A DNA stretch of 64,000 nt from positions 4,288,001-4,352,000 of the forward strand of contig OY760937.1 in the NCBI GenBank assembly GCA_963664225.1. Reading direction: 5' to 3'. Both the position numbers and the translations under genes were made by a program. Below, one piece after another: positions 39,878 to 49,848 of the stretch. Origin of the DNA: Verrucomicrobiia bacterium (lineage in GTDB: Bacteria; Verrucomicrobiota; Verrucomicrobiia; Limisphaerales; UBA1319). The notes beneath the pieces are model-generated. The model was not told the DNA's origin. It was given only the letters and a program-made list of their open reading frames with translations, and did no database searches. Each line of letters opens with the position of its first letter. Position 1 is the stretch's first letter.

Positions 39878-41203
39878 TCAAACCCGGCGTTGTTTGACGG
39901 GTTTGTCGATCAAGTCGTGCAACACGGTTCCGAGCCGGGCGATGCCTCGGCGTATTTCCATGTCCGAGGCGCTTCCGAAGCTGATGCGCATTTCCGTGTC
40001 CGGGATGCGCCGCGTGGTGTCTTCCGCATAACATAACCGGCCGGGAATATAGAGCACATCCTGTTTTAATGCGGACTGGAACAACCGGCTTTCAGGCCCT
40101 GAAACCAATGGTTTTGGCAGGTTGGCCCAAATGTAGAGGCCGCCGCGCGGTTCCTGCCATTGCACTGTCGCCGGAAAAGTTTTGCGGATGGCCTCCACCA
40201 TGATCTGCGCCTTGGCCTCATAACGGCGGCGCAACACGACGAGGTGCTTTTCATACCGGCCCGAGGCAATTGCGCCGGCCAGGATCTGCTGAATGAGACT
40301 GGCAGTGCCGAAATCATGGTTGCCTTTGAGACGGTTCACCACGGTGAACAGCGGTTCGGGCAGCAGCCCGTAACCCGCGCGCACGCCGGTTGAAAATGGC
40401 TTGCTGAAGGTGCCGGTGTAGATGACGCGTTTGTTCAACTCCGGCACGGCAAGCGCCGAGGCGTCGTCCTTGCCCGCAAACCGCAGTTCCCGGTAAGCCG
40501 CGTCTTCCACAAGATAGATGGGGTGGCCTGCCGCGCGTTCGTAACTCCGCAGAAGTTTCAGTGCGGCGACCTTGGTGCGGAACGGGGTGGAGATGCCGGT
40601 CGGGTTTTGAAAATAGCTGATCGTGTAGAGAAATTTAACCCGGGACAGTTCGCCGGAATTTTTGAGCGATTCGAGCACCGACTTCAACTGGTCGAGGTCC
40701 AGACCTTCGGGCGTCATGCGAACTCCGCGGCAGCGCAATCCATGGGTTTGCACAATGCCGAGATAAACGAAATAAGTTGGATCCTCGACAAGGATGATGT
40801 CGCCTGGATTGCAGAGAGCCTCCGTCACCAGGTAGAGGAATTGCTGGGAGCCGTTGGTGATGATCGCCTGATCCGCCGAATAGCGTGTTTTGGCGGCGGA
40901 TCCCGTCTTGATTTTGGTGCCAGTCGCGGCGGCATCGGCCTGTGCGAGGCGTTCGATGGCGGCCTCGCGCAATTCCGGCAGACCGGCGGTGAATCCATAT
41001 TGCAGCGCGGAACGGGACTGGCGCCCGTTCTCGAGGCGTTCCCGAACAATTTCGATCACCTCGCGCGCAGGCAGTGTTTCATTGTCTGTAAAACCCGCCG
41101 CCAGGGAAATGAGCTGCGGCCGCTGCAAGGCCAGGCGCATTAACCATTCGATGGGCGGCGCATCGCAGCGCGCACCCAGCTCTGACAAACCCGATTTATT
41201 CAT
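39878..41203 (-). CDS. PLP-dependent class I aminotransferase (LysN/MocR-like)
   Basis: ISLAAG, ALQYG, TNGSQQ, EDPTY, FQNPTG, EDAAY, GTFSK, PRGGLYIW, MRISF. Confidence 0.85.
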   Translation of the reverse strand: MNKSGLSELGARCDAPPIEWLMRLALQRPQLISLAAGFTDNETLPAREVIEIVRERLENGRQSRSALQYGFTAGLPELREAAIERLAQADAAATGTKIKTGSAAKTRYSADQAIITNGSQQFLYLVTEALCNPGDIILVEDPTYFVYLGIVQTHGLRCRGVRMTPEGLDLDQLKSVLESLKNSGELSRVKFLYTISYFQNPTGISTPFRTKVAALKLLRSYERAAGHPIYLVEDAAYRELRFAGKDDASALAVPELNKRVIYTGTFSKPFSTGVRAGYGLLPEPLFTVVNRLKGNHDFGTASLIQQILAGAIASGRYEKHLVVLRRRYEAKAQIMVEAIRKTFPATVQWQEPRGGLYIWANLPKPLVSGPESRLFQSALKQDVLYIPGRLCYAEDTTRRIPDTEMRISFGSASDMEIRRGIARLGTVLHDLIDKPVKQRRV

Positions 41204-41271
41204 GTCCGGACACCACTAAAGCCTTCCGGCGCGGGTCTGTCGAGCACGGGAAGGATGCCCGGGAGTTCCGC

Positions 41272-43323
41272 CTATTTTGCAGATTCCATTTTTTTGAGGG
41301 CTTCGGCTGAGGCTTGCGGATGTTGCGCCTTGATATCGTTGGCGATTTTCTTCACCGCCAGAGCCGCCTCGGCGCGAACGCCCGGGATGTCCAGGAGAGG
41401 CAGCGCGATCTCCAGGGCTTCGGGTTGCGCGGCCACGGTCAGGGCGCTGAGGACCAGTTTGCGTTCGTCATCGGTGCGAACCCCCGCGAGGATCATTCGG
41501 TAGTGCTCAAAGAGCGCCGGGCTGGGATGGGCGTTTTCCTCGGCCACAAGTCGCACGAGCCCGCGCAGTGCCAGGGTTCGCTGCGAATCGTCCGACGGCT
41601 TTTGATAGAAGCCGACCAGCGCATTCCAGGCTGTGGCATCGGGCCAAGCGGCGATGGCCTCAATGGCGGTGTTACGAATCTGCGGTTGCGCATCCTGAGA
41701 CGCCTTCTGCAGTGCGGCAAAAGCCGTCTGATCCCCGCAGACGGGCAATAAGCGAATCAGGGAACAACGGGTGGCCACAACGGTGTTGGCATCCAGCGCG
41801 GCGCACACGGCTTGCGTGCGTTTGGCGGCATCGGGAGTTTTTTGCAGGATTTGCATCGCCGCGTTCTCCGCGGCCGGGCGCGTATCGTCGGCATGCAACT
41901 GGACCAATGCGTTGATTACTGCGGTCAAATTCTCCGGCTCAGCGGTTTTCTCCAGTCCTTGAAATGCTGCACGGGCGATGATGGCATTGGTTGAGGAGGA
42001 TTCCTCCAATAGGACGGGAACCGCCAGGTGACTGCGGCGTCGGGCCAGCGCGGAAATCAAGGTCGGCTTGGCCGTGCTGATGGCTTTGCGCAGTTCTCCA
42101 ATGATGGAGCGTGTGGCGGTGTCCCCACCGGGCAGACTCGCAATTGCCTGCTCCAAGGCCTGACGCTCCTGTGGACTGGCCTGATTGGCCAGGGCAGTGG
42201 TGAGCAGTGGCAGCACGGAGGAATCACCATACTGTCCCATGGCCGTGATGGCCGCCAGACGCGGTCCGGGTTCCGTCGAGGCAATTTGCCGACCCACGGC
42301 GCGCAGTGAGGGCAAATCCCCTCGTTGTGCAAGGGCCTGGATCATCAGGACCTGATCCTCGGGATTCAATTTGGGCAATTCACTCGCAAAGGCATCGGAC
42401 GCCTCGGCATTGGTAACCGCAGGCACGGCAGCGATCGCTGTCGGGACAAGCCGGGGATCGGCTCCGCGCAAAGAGCGTAATATTCTTTCCTGGCCGCCGT
42501 CCTTGTCCAAGCGGAATAGTGCGATCAACGCTCCGCGCCGGACATGCAGGGGTTGGGACGTGCCCATCAACCCTTCGTAGAGGGATCGGGCGGCATCGGT
42601 CTGGCCTGCGGCGGCAATCTGCGCGGCCTTTCTCAGAAAGGCTTCTGCAACGGCCAGGGACAATTCGGACTTCGATGATTTGCGGATGGAATACAAGGCG
42701 TTGATGGCGTCGTCTCCCGGGATTTTCCCCAATGCCACCACGGCCGCTCCAGCCACGACCATGTCAGCATCCTCCGCGAGATCTTTCAATGCAGTCACGG
42801 AGGCGGTGTCCTGCATGTCTCCGAGTGTGGAGATGATTTGCAGCCGTGCCGCGCCTGTGGATGTCGGCAAGGCCTTGCGAAGGACTTCCCCGGCTTTGGT
42901 CGATGGATGGGACGCCAGGGCCAGGCACGCAATACCAACGGTGTCGTTGTTGCCGAGCAATGTTGCGATGGCCTCCAGCGAAGTATCCGTGCCGATCACC
43001 GCCAGTTGACCGCACACGAAGCGCTTGGCTTCAATGGAGGCCGGGCTTGCGATGAACTTGTCCAGGGAGTTTTCAATCGAAGCCAGTGCGGCAGAGTCGC
43101 CAACGGATTGGCGCACCAGTGTCTCGATCTGGCGCAAGGCGTCCATCGAATCGCCCGATTGGTATTGCGCGGCTTTCGCCAGGGCATCGTTGATGGAGCC
43201 TGGTCCGTTGAACGGAATCGAGAATGCGACGGCCACCATGCAAAGTGCGGGTGCCATCAGTTTGCAGAGCGTTGCGCGCAGGACAGGCATCGTCAAATTG
43301 CGGGTAAAGGATTTAAAATTCAT
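41272..43323 (-). CDS. Exported HEAT-repeat protein
   Basis: Signal-like N-terminus; repeated Ala/Leu-rich helical units (LGDMQD..SV.AL, AAVVALGKI, AIEAIAAWPD). Confidence 0.75.
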   Translation of the reverse strand: MNFKSFTRNLTMPVLRATLCKLMAPALCMVAVAFSIPFNGPGSINDALAKAAQYQSGDSMDALRQIETLVRQSVGDSAALASIENSLDKFIASPASIEAKRFVCGQLAVIGTDTSLEAIATLLGNNDTVGIACLALASHPSTKAGEVLRKALPTSTGAARLQIISTLGDMQDTASVTALKDLAEDADMVVAGAAVVALGKIPGDDAINALYSIRKSSKSELSLAVAEAFLRKAAQIAAAGQTDAARSLYEGLMGTSQPLHVRRGALIALFRLDKDGGQERILRSLRGADPRLVPTAIAAVPAVTNAEASDAFASELPKLNPEDQVLMIQALAQRGDLPSLRAVGRQIASTEPGPRLAAITAMGQYGDSSVLPLLTTALANQASPQERQALEQAIASLPGGDTATRSIIGELRKAISTAKPTLISALARRRSHLAVPVLLEESSSTNAIIARAAFQGLEKTAEPENLTAVINALVQLHADDTRPAAENAAMQILQKTPDAAKRTQAVCAALDANTVVATRCSLIRLLPVCGDQTAFAALQKASQDAQPQIRNTAIEAIAAWPDATAWNALVGFYQKPSDDSQRTLALRGLVRLVAEENAHPSPALFEHYRMILAGVRTDDERKLVLSALTVAAQPEALEIALPLLDIPGVRAEAALAVKKIANDIKAQHPQASAEALKKMESAK

Positions 43324-43382
43324 AACACCTTTTTGCAAAAATCTGGGTTGGTAATGTTTATGATCGGTTCCAGTCGTGGAGT

Positions 43383-44681
43383 TCAGACACGCCACGGTGC
43401 GCGCGGTTCCCGCCAGAGCATGCCGTTGGCCGTTTCGGAATCAAAACGCTCCGCCACTGGGTCCCATTGCAGCTTGAGGCCGAGGCGCAGCGCGATGTTC
43501 CAGGCCTGGCAGATGGTGACGGCCCGGTGCGCGACTTCGGGATGGCACTGGGCCAGCGTGCGGGAGCGGATGGAATCGAGCAAATTGCGGATGTGCGATC
43601 CGGCATTGGCCCAACTCGCGCCGCCGGGCTGCCTCAGGCTGACGATGGATTTGGGTTCTGCGGTGACGACATCGGTCTCGTCGTCCACCTGGATCCAGCC
43701 TTCATCGCCGATGTAGCGGATATAGCGATCCGTGAATCCGGCCCGTTGAAACATGACGCCCTTGACGCCGTTGGCGTATTTGCAAACCGCCTCGGCCGTC
43801 AGCGGGGTGTCGCTCGCGAATTTGGTGGGATCGGGAAACTCGCCCTTGGCTTCAAAGGAAACGGGCCCGGTGTCGTCGGTGCCCAGCAGCCATTGCATCT
43901 GGTCGGTGTAATGACAGCCCATATCGGTGATCATGCCTTCCGCGGTGTCGTAAAAATATTGCCAGCCATTCACGCGGGAGGGGACAAACGGCTGCCATGG
44001 AACCTGACCGAGCCACATGTCATAATTCCAACCTTGCGGCGGCGGCACGGATTTTTCGATGGGGATGCCTGTTCCGGTCCACACCTGCATTTCCACCGTG
44101 TGCAGGCGTCCGATTTTGCCCTGATGCACCATATTCCGGGCGAACTGGTAGGATTCCGTGTCGCGGCGCTGCGTGCCCGCCTGATAGATCGTGCCGAACC
44201 GCTGGCAGGTTTGCACCAGATTGCGGCCTTCACGGATGGTGAGGGAGACGGGTTTTTCGCAGTAAATATCCTTGCCGGCGCGCGCGGCGAACATCGAGGC
44301 CATGGCATGCCAGCGGTTGCCCGTGGCAATCAAGACCGCGTCGATGTCTTTTTGGCCTAGCAGATCCCGGAACTCGGGATAAGTGCGGCAATCCTTGGTC
44401 TGGTAGTGCGCGTTGACGTAATCCCTGGCGGCGAGCATCCGGTCCTCACGACAATCCGAAATCGCGACCCACTGGATTTCCTTGAAGCCTAGAAAATTGG
44501 GCATGATATCCCGCGCACGATTGCCCGCGCCGATCAGGCCAAAGGTGACACGGTTGCTGGGAGCGGGGCGACCGTCCAGGCCAAGGGCCGAGGCCGGGAT
44601 GAAGGTGGGCAGTGCGGCAGCGAGGGCCGCGCCTTTTAGAAATTGCCGCCGGTTGATGGGCTTTGAGTTCATATTTCTCAT
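43383..44681 (-). CDS. TAT-exported Gfo/Idh/MocA oxidoreductase
   Basis: NRRQFLK twin-arginine signal, APSNRV, IGAG, DIYCEKP, GTQRR, YDMWLG, DMGCHYTD. Confidence 0.88.
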   Translation of the reverse strand: MRNMNSKPINRRQFLKGAALAAALPTFIPASALGLDGRPAPSNRVTFGLIGAGNRARDIMPNFLGFKEIQWVAISDCREDRMLAARDYVNAHYQTKDCRTYPEFRDLLGQKDIDAVLIATGNRWHAMASMFAARAGKDIYCEKPVSLTIREGRNLVQTCQRFGTIYQAGTQRRDTESYQFARNMVHQGKIGRLHTVEMQVWTGTGIPIEKSVPPPQGWNYDMWLGQVPWQPFVPSRVNGWQYFYDTAEGMITDMGCHYTDQMQWLLGTDDTGPVSFEAKGEFPDPTKFASDTPLTAEAVCKYANGVKGVMFQRAGFTDRYIRYIGDEGWIQVDDETDVVTAEPKSIVSLRQPGGASWANAGSHIRNLLDSIRSRTLAQCHPEVAHRAVTICQAWNIALRLGLKLQWDPVAERFDSETANGMLWREPRAPWRV

Positions 44682-44831
44682 GGATCCTCCGACTCGGGTT
44701 TTTAAATGGAATCGCGTGTGGCTGAATTTGACATCAGACGGTCAAAACGGTCAAGTGACGAACCGATCTGAAGAACAATTCTTCCCATTATGAGTTTGCC
44801 TTCTTGCATGGTTTATTGGCATAAGCTCATC

Positions 44832-46304
44832 ATGAATTCCTTATTAAATTCAGCATTCACGGCGCGAGGATTTGCCATGGCAATGTTGGTCGCCCTCTTT
44901 TGTTTATCCAGCAGCCGCGGTAATGCAATCCCCCTGCCTGAACTCTCCAAGGAATCCAGGATGTGCATCGATTGCCATGCGAACGAAACGCGCGGCATTT
45001 ACCAGGAGTGGGGGACCTCCAAACATTTTCGCGGCAATGTGGGTTGCTATGAATGCCACCAGTCGGAGGCAGGCAAGCCCGGCGCGATGGATCACAACGG
45101 ATTCACCATCAGCATCATTGTATCGCCCAAGGACTGCTCCCGCTGCCATCCAACGGAGGTCCGGCAATTCAGCGAAAGTCACCATGCCAAGGCGGCTGAA
45201 ATCCTGGGATCGCTGGACAATTACCTCGCGGACATCGTCGAGGGGGACACGAATTTTCATGGAATGTCCGCTCTAAGCGTGAGTGGTTGCGCGCAGTGCC
45301 ATGGTAGTGTGGTGCAGGCCAACAAGGACGGTTCCCTCAAATCAACCGACTGGCCGAACACGGGAGTGGGCCGCATCAATCCGGATGGCAGCATCGGCGC
45401 GTGCAGCGCCTGCCACCTGCGACACGCATTTTCCGCCGAGCAGGCGCGTCAGCCTGAAAATTGCACGCGCTGTCACCAGGGCCCGGACCATCCACAGAAG
45501 GAAATCTTTGAGGAATCCAAACATGGCATCGCCTATGCCGCGCATAAAAAGGATCTAAAGCTCGATAACGCCAAATGGGTTTTGGGTGAAGATTACACGG
45601 CGGCCCCAACCTGCGCCACCTGCCACATGTCCGCCGTCAAACCGAAAGATGGCGACATCATGCCTGTTAATCACAATGTCGGGTTGCGCATCAGTTGGAA
45701 TAACCGGCCCCAGACATCCATTCGCCCGGAGGTTGCAGACGCCAAACTGGGTCTGGAGAAAATGGCGAAGATGGAATGGAAAACACGCCGCGCTGAAATG
45801 GTCAAGGTTTGCACGGTTTGTCACGCGAGCGGTCAGGTCAATAATTTCTACGAGCAGTATGACGGGGTGGTCGACCTCTACAATTCCAAATTCGGCCAGC
45901 CCGGTGTGAATTTCATGAAACTCCTGTCCGAGAATAAACTCATCACGGATACACAATTTGACGAACCGATCGAGTGGACCTGGTATGAATTGTGGCATCA
46001 TGAAGGACGGCGTGCCCGACATGGCGCCTCGATGATGGGGCCGGATTTCACGCACTGGCACGGCCTTTACGAGGTGGGCAAGCATTGGTACACCGAGTTC
46101 ATTCCGCAGCTTCGGGAAATCTCCGCAAAGAATCTCCACTCCGATGATCCCGCGAAGGTGGAAGGCGCAAAGAAACTGGACACCGCCATCAACGAGCTTC
46201 TGGCCAGACCAGAGCATCGCTGGTTTACCGGGAAAATGTCGTCGGAAGACCTGGAAAAACGCAGGAAAGCCCAGGAAGAATTCAAGCAGCGGTATTCAAA
46301 ATAG
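44832..46304 (+). CDS. Octaheme cytochrome c of the hydroxylamine oxidoreductase (HAO) family
   Basis: Signal peptide; eight CxxCH motifs; GRINPDG, CHQGPDHPQKEIFEESKHG, APTCATCHM, WHHEGRRARHG. Confidence 0.85.
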   Translation: MNSLLNSAFTARGFAMAMLVALFCLSSSRGNAIPLPELSKESRMCIDCHANETRGIYQEWGTSKHFRGNVGCYECHQSEAGKPGAMDHNGFTISIIVSPKDCSRCHPTEVRQFSESHHAKAAEILGSLDNYLADIVEGDTNFHGMSALSVSGCAQCHGSVVQANKDGSLKSTDWPNTGVGRINPDGSIGACSACHLRHAFSAEQARQPENCTRCHQGPDHPQKEIFEESKHGIAYAAHKKDLKLDNAKWVLGEDYTAAPTCATCHMSAVKPKDGDIMPVNHNVGLRISWNNRPQTSIRPEVADAKLGLEKMAKMEWKTRRAEMVKVCTVCHASGQVNNFYEQYDGVVDLYNSKFGQPGVNFMKLLSENKLITDTQFDEPIEWTWYELWHHEGRRARHGASMMGPDFTHWHGLYEVGKHWYTEFIPQLREISAKNLHSDDPAKVEGAKKLDTAINELLARPEHRWFTGKMSSEDLEKRRKAQEEFKQRYSK

Positions 46305-46654
46305 TCCGCAGGCGTCGCACGACAAATTACTTAAGAAAGTCCAAAAAGGCTTTAAACGCCATGGAGGTGTGTCCGGGGCTTTGTCATTGTAGCCGGGTGC
46401 CCCCACCCGGCGTCCCCGGCCCGGTGTATCGCAATCAAAAGCTCCATGGCAGACATTGGTTTGCGACCACCGTGACGTTCGTGGTAGGGCGTGCAGTCCT
46501 CTGCGCGCCGTTGGGGGTAACACATTGCAGGCCCGGGCGTCCCCGGCCCGGTGTATCGCAATCAAAAGCTCCATGGCAGACATTGGTTTGCGACCACTGA
46601 GGTTGCTTCGATTTGACGGACACAGGAGCGGAGCGAAACTTAATGAAAAACCGT

Positions 46655-46996
46655 ATGAAGCAATCTGTGATTCCCGATTCCAAGACTCATCCGAAGTATG
46701 ATTCTGCATTTAAGCAGGAAGCCGTGAACCTCTGGAAATCCAGCGGGAAATCGGCAGCCACGGTGGCGGCTGAGTTGGGGATAAAAATGGAGCGGCTCTA
46801 TGCCTGGCGCGCAAAATATGTGCCGCTGCCAACAGGGGAAGGAGCCGAAACAAAGACCCGTGAGCAGTTGCTGGCCGACAATGCCGCTTTGTTGCGCGAA
46901 CTGGACTATGTGCGCCAGCAGCGGGAGATTCTAAAAAAAACGTTGGGAATTCTTTCGGACCCCCAGAGCAACGCTATCAACGGGTTGAAGCGATGA
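46655..46996 (+). CDS. IS3 transposase OrfA (HTH)
   Basis: KYDSAFKQEAV, VAAELGI, LYAWR, REILKK; A8 run at 46933-46940 is a candidate -1 frameshift site. Start uncertain (46643 or 46655). Confidence 0.85.
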   Translation: MKQSVIPDSKTHPKYDSAFKQEAVNLWKSSGKSAATVAAELGIKMERLYAWRAKYVPLPTGEGAETKTREQLLADNAALLRELDYVRQQREILKKTLGILSDPQSNAINGLKR

Positions 46997-47835
46997 AAGT
47001 CGATCATCCCATCCGCCTGCTCTGTGAGGCCTTTGATGTGTCTTTTAGCGGCTACTATGATTGGTGCCGACGGCAAATCCAGCCTTCGTTGCGTGCCCGT
47101 CAGGACGCCGTATTGAAAGGGACCATCACAACGATTTTCAATGGCAGCCGCAAAACCTATGGCAGCCCGCGCATCCAGATCGCCTTGAAGCACCAGGGGC
47201 ACTGCCATGGTCGCAACCACATCGCCCGTTTAATGCGCCAGGAAGGCCTGCAGGCGCGTTCTAAAAAGCGTTTCAAGGTCCGAACCACCGACAGCAATCA
47301 TGATCAGCCCATTGCCCCCAACCGGCTGGCTCAAGCCGCGCCACCGGACCAACGCAATCAGACTTGGGTCGGGGACATCACCTACATTGCCACCGATGAA
47401 GGCTGGCTCTATCTCGCTGGCATTGAAGACCTTTACAGCCGCCGCATCGTGGGTTGGGGCATGAGCGAGCACATTGACACCGAACTGGTCCTGTCGGCCT
47501 GGAACATGGCCTGCATTCAGCGGCAACCCGAACCCGGATTGCTCTTTCATTCAGACCGGGGAGTCCAGTATGCCAGTCAGGATTATCGCCGGGCGATGGA
47601 AACCTCCGGTGCCCTGGCGAGCATGAGCCGCAGTGGCAACTGCTATGACAACGCGGCCATGGAATCCTTTTGGAGCACCCTTAAACAAGAACTGGTTTAT
47701 CGCCGGGTCTTTGCGACCCGAGCCCAGGCCCGACAGGCCATCTTTGATTACATCGAGACCTTCTATAATCGACAGCGTTTACACAGCACACTCAATTACA
47801 TGTCTCCTGTTGACTTTGAAAATATATCCAAATAA
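46993..47835 (+). CDS. IS3 transposase OrfB (DDE integrase core)
   Basis: TYGSPRI, WVGDITYI, GWLYLA..DLYSRRIVGW, HSDRGVQY, GNCYDNAAMESFW, YNRQRLHS. Confidence 0.93.
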   Translation: MKVDHPIRLLCEAFDVSFSGYYDWCRRQIQPSLRARQDAVLKGTITTIFNGSRKTYGSPRIQIALKHQGHCHGRNHIARLMRQEGLQARSKKRFKVRTTDSNHDQPIAPNRLAQAAPPDQRNQTWVGDITYIATDEGWLYLAGIEDLYSRRIVGWGMSEHIDTELVLSAWNMACIQRQPEPGLLFHSDRGVQYASQDYRRAMETSGALASMSRSGNCYDNAAMESFWSTLKQELVYRRVFATRAQARQAIFDYIETFYNRQRLHSTLNYMSPVDFENISK

Positions 47836-48204
47836 CCTATATGTGTCTTCTGTGTCCGATTTATCGAAGCAAGCCCACACCGTGACGTTCGTGGTAGGGC
47901 GTGCAGTCCTCTGCGCGCCGTTGGGAGTAACACATTGTAGGCCCGGGCGTCCCCGGCCCGGTGTATCGCAATCAAAAGTTTCATGGGTGAGTCGGAGAGA
48001 GTTGTTCTCCATTAATATTCCAGCCATCGGTTTGCGGAAAGGCAATGCACACGCGCGCTGGTGAATGAACCGACCCCGCGATTCTTCTCCCTCTCCTGCG
48101 CCAGCGGGAGAGGGTGCGGGGTGAGGGCGCCCTTTTCATATTCCCGTTCGCTTCCAAAACGAAACCGGCAAGAGCGGAGAGTCAGAGGCAGCTTGTGCCT
48201 TCCC

Positions 48205-49845
48205 TCAATCCTCGCGGAATTTTTGGGCGATGGGAATGCGCCGACCGATGCCGAAGGCCTTGGTGGTCACTTTTAAACCGGGCGCGGCCTGACGGCGTTT
48301 GTATTCGGAAATATTGATCAGCCGCACGATGCGTTGAATCACCGCGGGATCGTAACCCGCGGCGGCCATCTCAGCCTGGGATTTGCCTTGCACGACATAG
48401 GCTTCGAGAATGGCGTCGAGCACTTCGTAAGGCGGCAGTGAATCCTGATCGGTCTGGTTCGGCCGCAACTCCGCTGAAGGCGGTTTGGTAATCGAAGCGG
48501 CGGGAATGATTTCGCGCTCGCGATTGATCCATTGGGACAGGCGATAGACCGTCATTTTGGGAAGGTCATTGATGACTGCCAATCCGCCGCACATGTCCCC
48601 ATACAAGGTGCAATAGCCAACGGCCATTTCGCTTTTGTTTCCCGTGGTCAGGACCAGGGATCCAAACTTGTTGGACATCGCCATGAGTATGACCCCGCGC
48701 AGCCGGGCTTGAATATTCTCCTCGGTGGTGTCTTCGGGGCGGCCCGCAAACACGTCCTTGAGCTGATCTTTTACGGCGAGGAATCCCGGTTGGATGGGAA
48801 TCACATCGTAGCGAATGCCGAGGTTTTTCGCCAGTGAACGCGCGTCGTCCAGGCTGCCTTGGGAGGAGAATTGCGAAGGCAGGGAAATGCCATGCACATT
48901 GTCCGGTCCCAACGCTTCCGCCGCCAGACAGGCCACCAACGCGGAATCGATGCCGCCGCTCAAGCCCAGCACGGCTTTTTTGAAACCGCATTTATGGAGG
49001 TAATCCCGCACGCCAAGCACCAGGGCGTGATAAAGTTTTTCCTCGTTGGCGCTTTGTTCCGGCACGATGGCTGGGGTTTGGGCCTCGGTGTCGAGGACGA
49101 CATAATCCTCCTCAAACAGCCGCCCCTGGGCCGTGAGTTGGCCCTGGGCATTGAAGGCCAGGCTGCCGCCGTCAAAGATGAGCTCGTCATTCCCGCCCAC
49201 GAGGTTGCAGTAAACGACCGGCTTGCCCACCTTGGAAGCAAGGCTGGAAAGCATGTCAAACCGGGTTTTGTTTTTGCCCAGATGCCAGGGCGACGCTGAA
49301 ATATTAAAAAGGATCTGTGCGCCGGCTTCGATGAGTTCGATGGCTGGATTGCGACGGTACCGGCGTTCGGGCCAGAAATCCTCGTCGTTCCAGATGTCTT
49401 CGCAAATGGTCAGTCCGATTTTGACGCCGTTGAACTCGACGGGTTTGTTTTCCACGCCCGGCTCGAAATAGCGGTCCTCGTCAAAAACATCGTAGGTGGG
49501 CAGGAGCGTCTTGGTGCGGGCGGCGAGCAGGCGGCCATCCTGGAGGAGTGCCACGGAATTGAAGGCCTCGCGTCCGGGTCGCTTGGCGTTCTGGCCCACA
49601 TAGCCGACCAGCAGACCCGTTTTGTCCGTGATGGCGGCCAGTCGATGCAGTGCGGCAAGATTCCTCGGGATAAAGGCGTTCTTCAATAGCAAATCCCTCG
49701 GAGGATAGCCCGCAATGGCTAGTTCTGGAAGGACCACCAGATCGACCCCCAGTTCCTGACCGCGACGATAGGCGGCCAGAATGCGGGCTTCGTTGCCTTC
49801 AATGTCGCCAACGGTGGTGTTGATTTGTGCGAGTGCGATTTTCAC
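48205..49845 (-). CDS. nadE: Glutamine-dependent NAD+ synthetase
   Basis: Nitrilase domain (PEL..GYPP, ICEDIW, SASP) plus LGLSGGIDSA, ENIQAR.RG, TGNKSE, PPSAELRP.Q.D.DSLPPY, EYKRRQA. Confidence 0.95.
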   Translation of the reverse strand: MKIALAQINTTVGDIEGNEARILAAYRRGQELGVDLVVLPELAIAGYPPRDLLLKNAFIPRNLAALHRLAAITDKTGLLVGYVGQNAKRPGREAFNSVALLQDGRLLAARTKTLLPTYDVFDEDRYFEPGVENKPVEFNGVKIGLTICEDIWNDEDFWPERRYRRNPAIELIEAGAQILFNISASPWHLGKNKTRFDMLSSLASKVGKPVVYCNLVGGNDELIFDGGSLAFNAQGQLTAQGRLFEEDYVVLDTEAQTPAIVPEQSANEEKLYHALVLGVRDYLHKCGFKKAVLGLSGGIDSALVACLAAEALGPDNVHGISLPSQFSSQGSLDDARSLAKNLGIRYDVIPIQPGFLAVKDQLKDVFAGRPEDTTEENIQARLRGVILMAMSNKFGSLVLTTGNKSEMAVGYCTLYGDMCGGLAVINDLPKMTVYRLSQWINREREIIPAASITKPPSAELRPNQTDQDSLPPYEVLDAILEAYVVQGKSQAEMAAAGYDPAVIQRIVRLINISEYKRRQAAPGLKVTTKAFGIGRRIPIAQKFRED

Positions 49846-49848
49846 GTT

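Larger units (their letters stand above)
46598..47877 (+). mobile_element. IS3-family insertion sequence, 1280 bp
   Basis: TG...CA ends; left end TGAGGTTGCTTCGATTTGACGGACACAGGAG versus right end (reverse complement) TGGGCTTGCTTCGATAAATCGGACACAGAAG; 3-bp duplication CAC at 46595-46597 and 47878-47880. Confidence 0.93.
46389..47985 (+). repeat. 127-bp tandem REP (BIME-like) array, about 2.5 units, interrupted by IS3
   Basis: CGTCCCCGGCCCGGTGTATCGCAATCAAAAG at 46411, 46538 and ~47948; GTAGGGCGTGCAGTCCTCTGCGCGCCG palindrome at 46484 and 47894. Confidence 0.8.

Noticed and set aside
46389..46597. CRISPR array (also considered for 62630-63790)
   Set aside because: The units are 127-136 bp with conserved rather than unique intervening sequence, and there are no cas genes.
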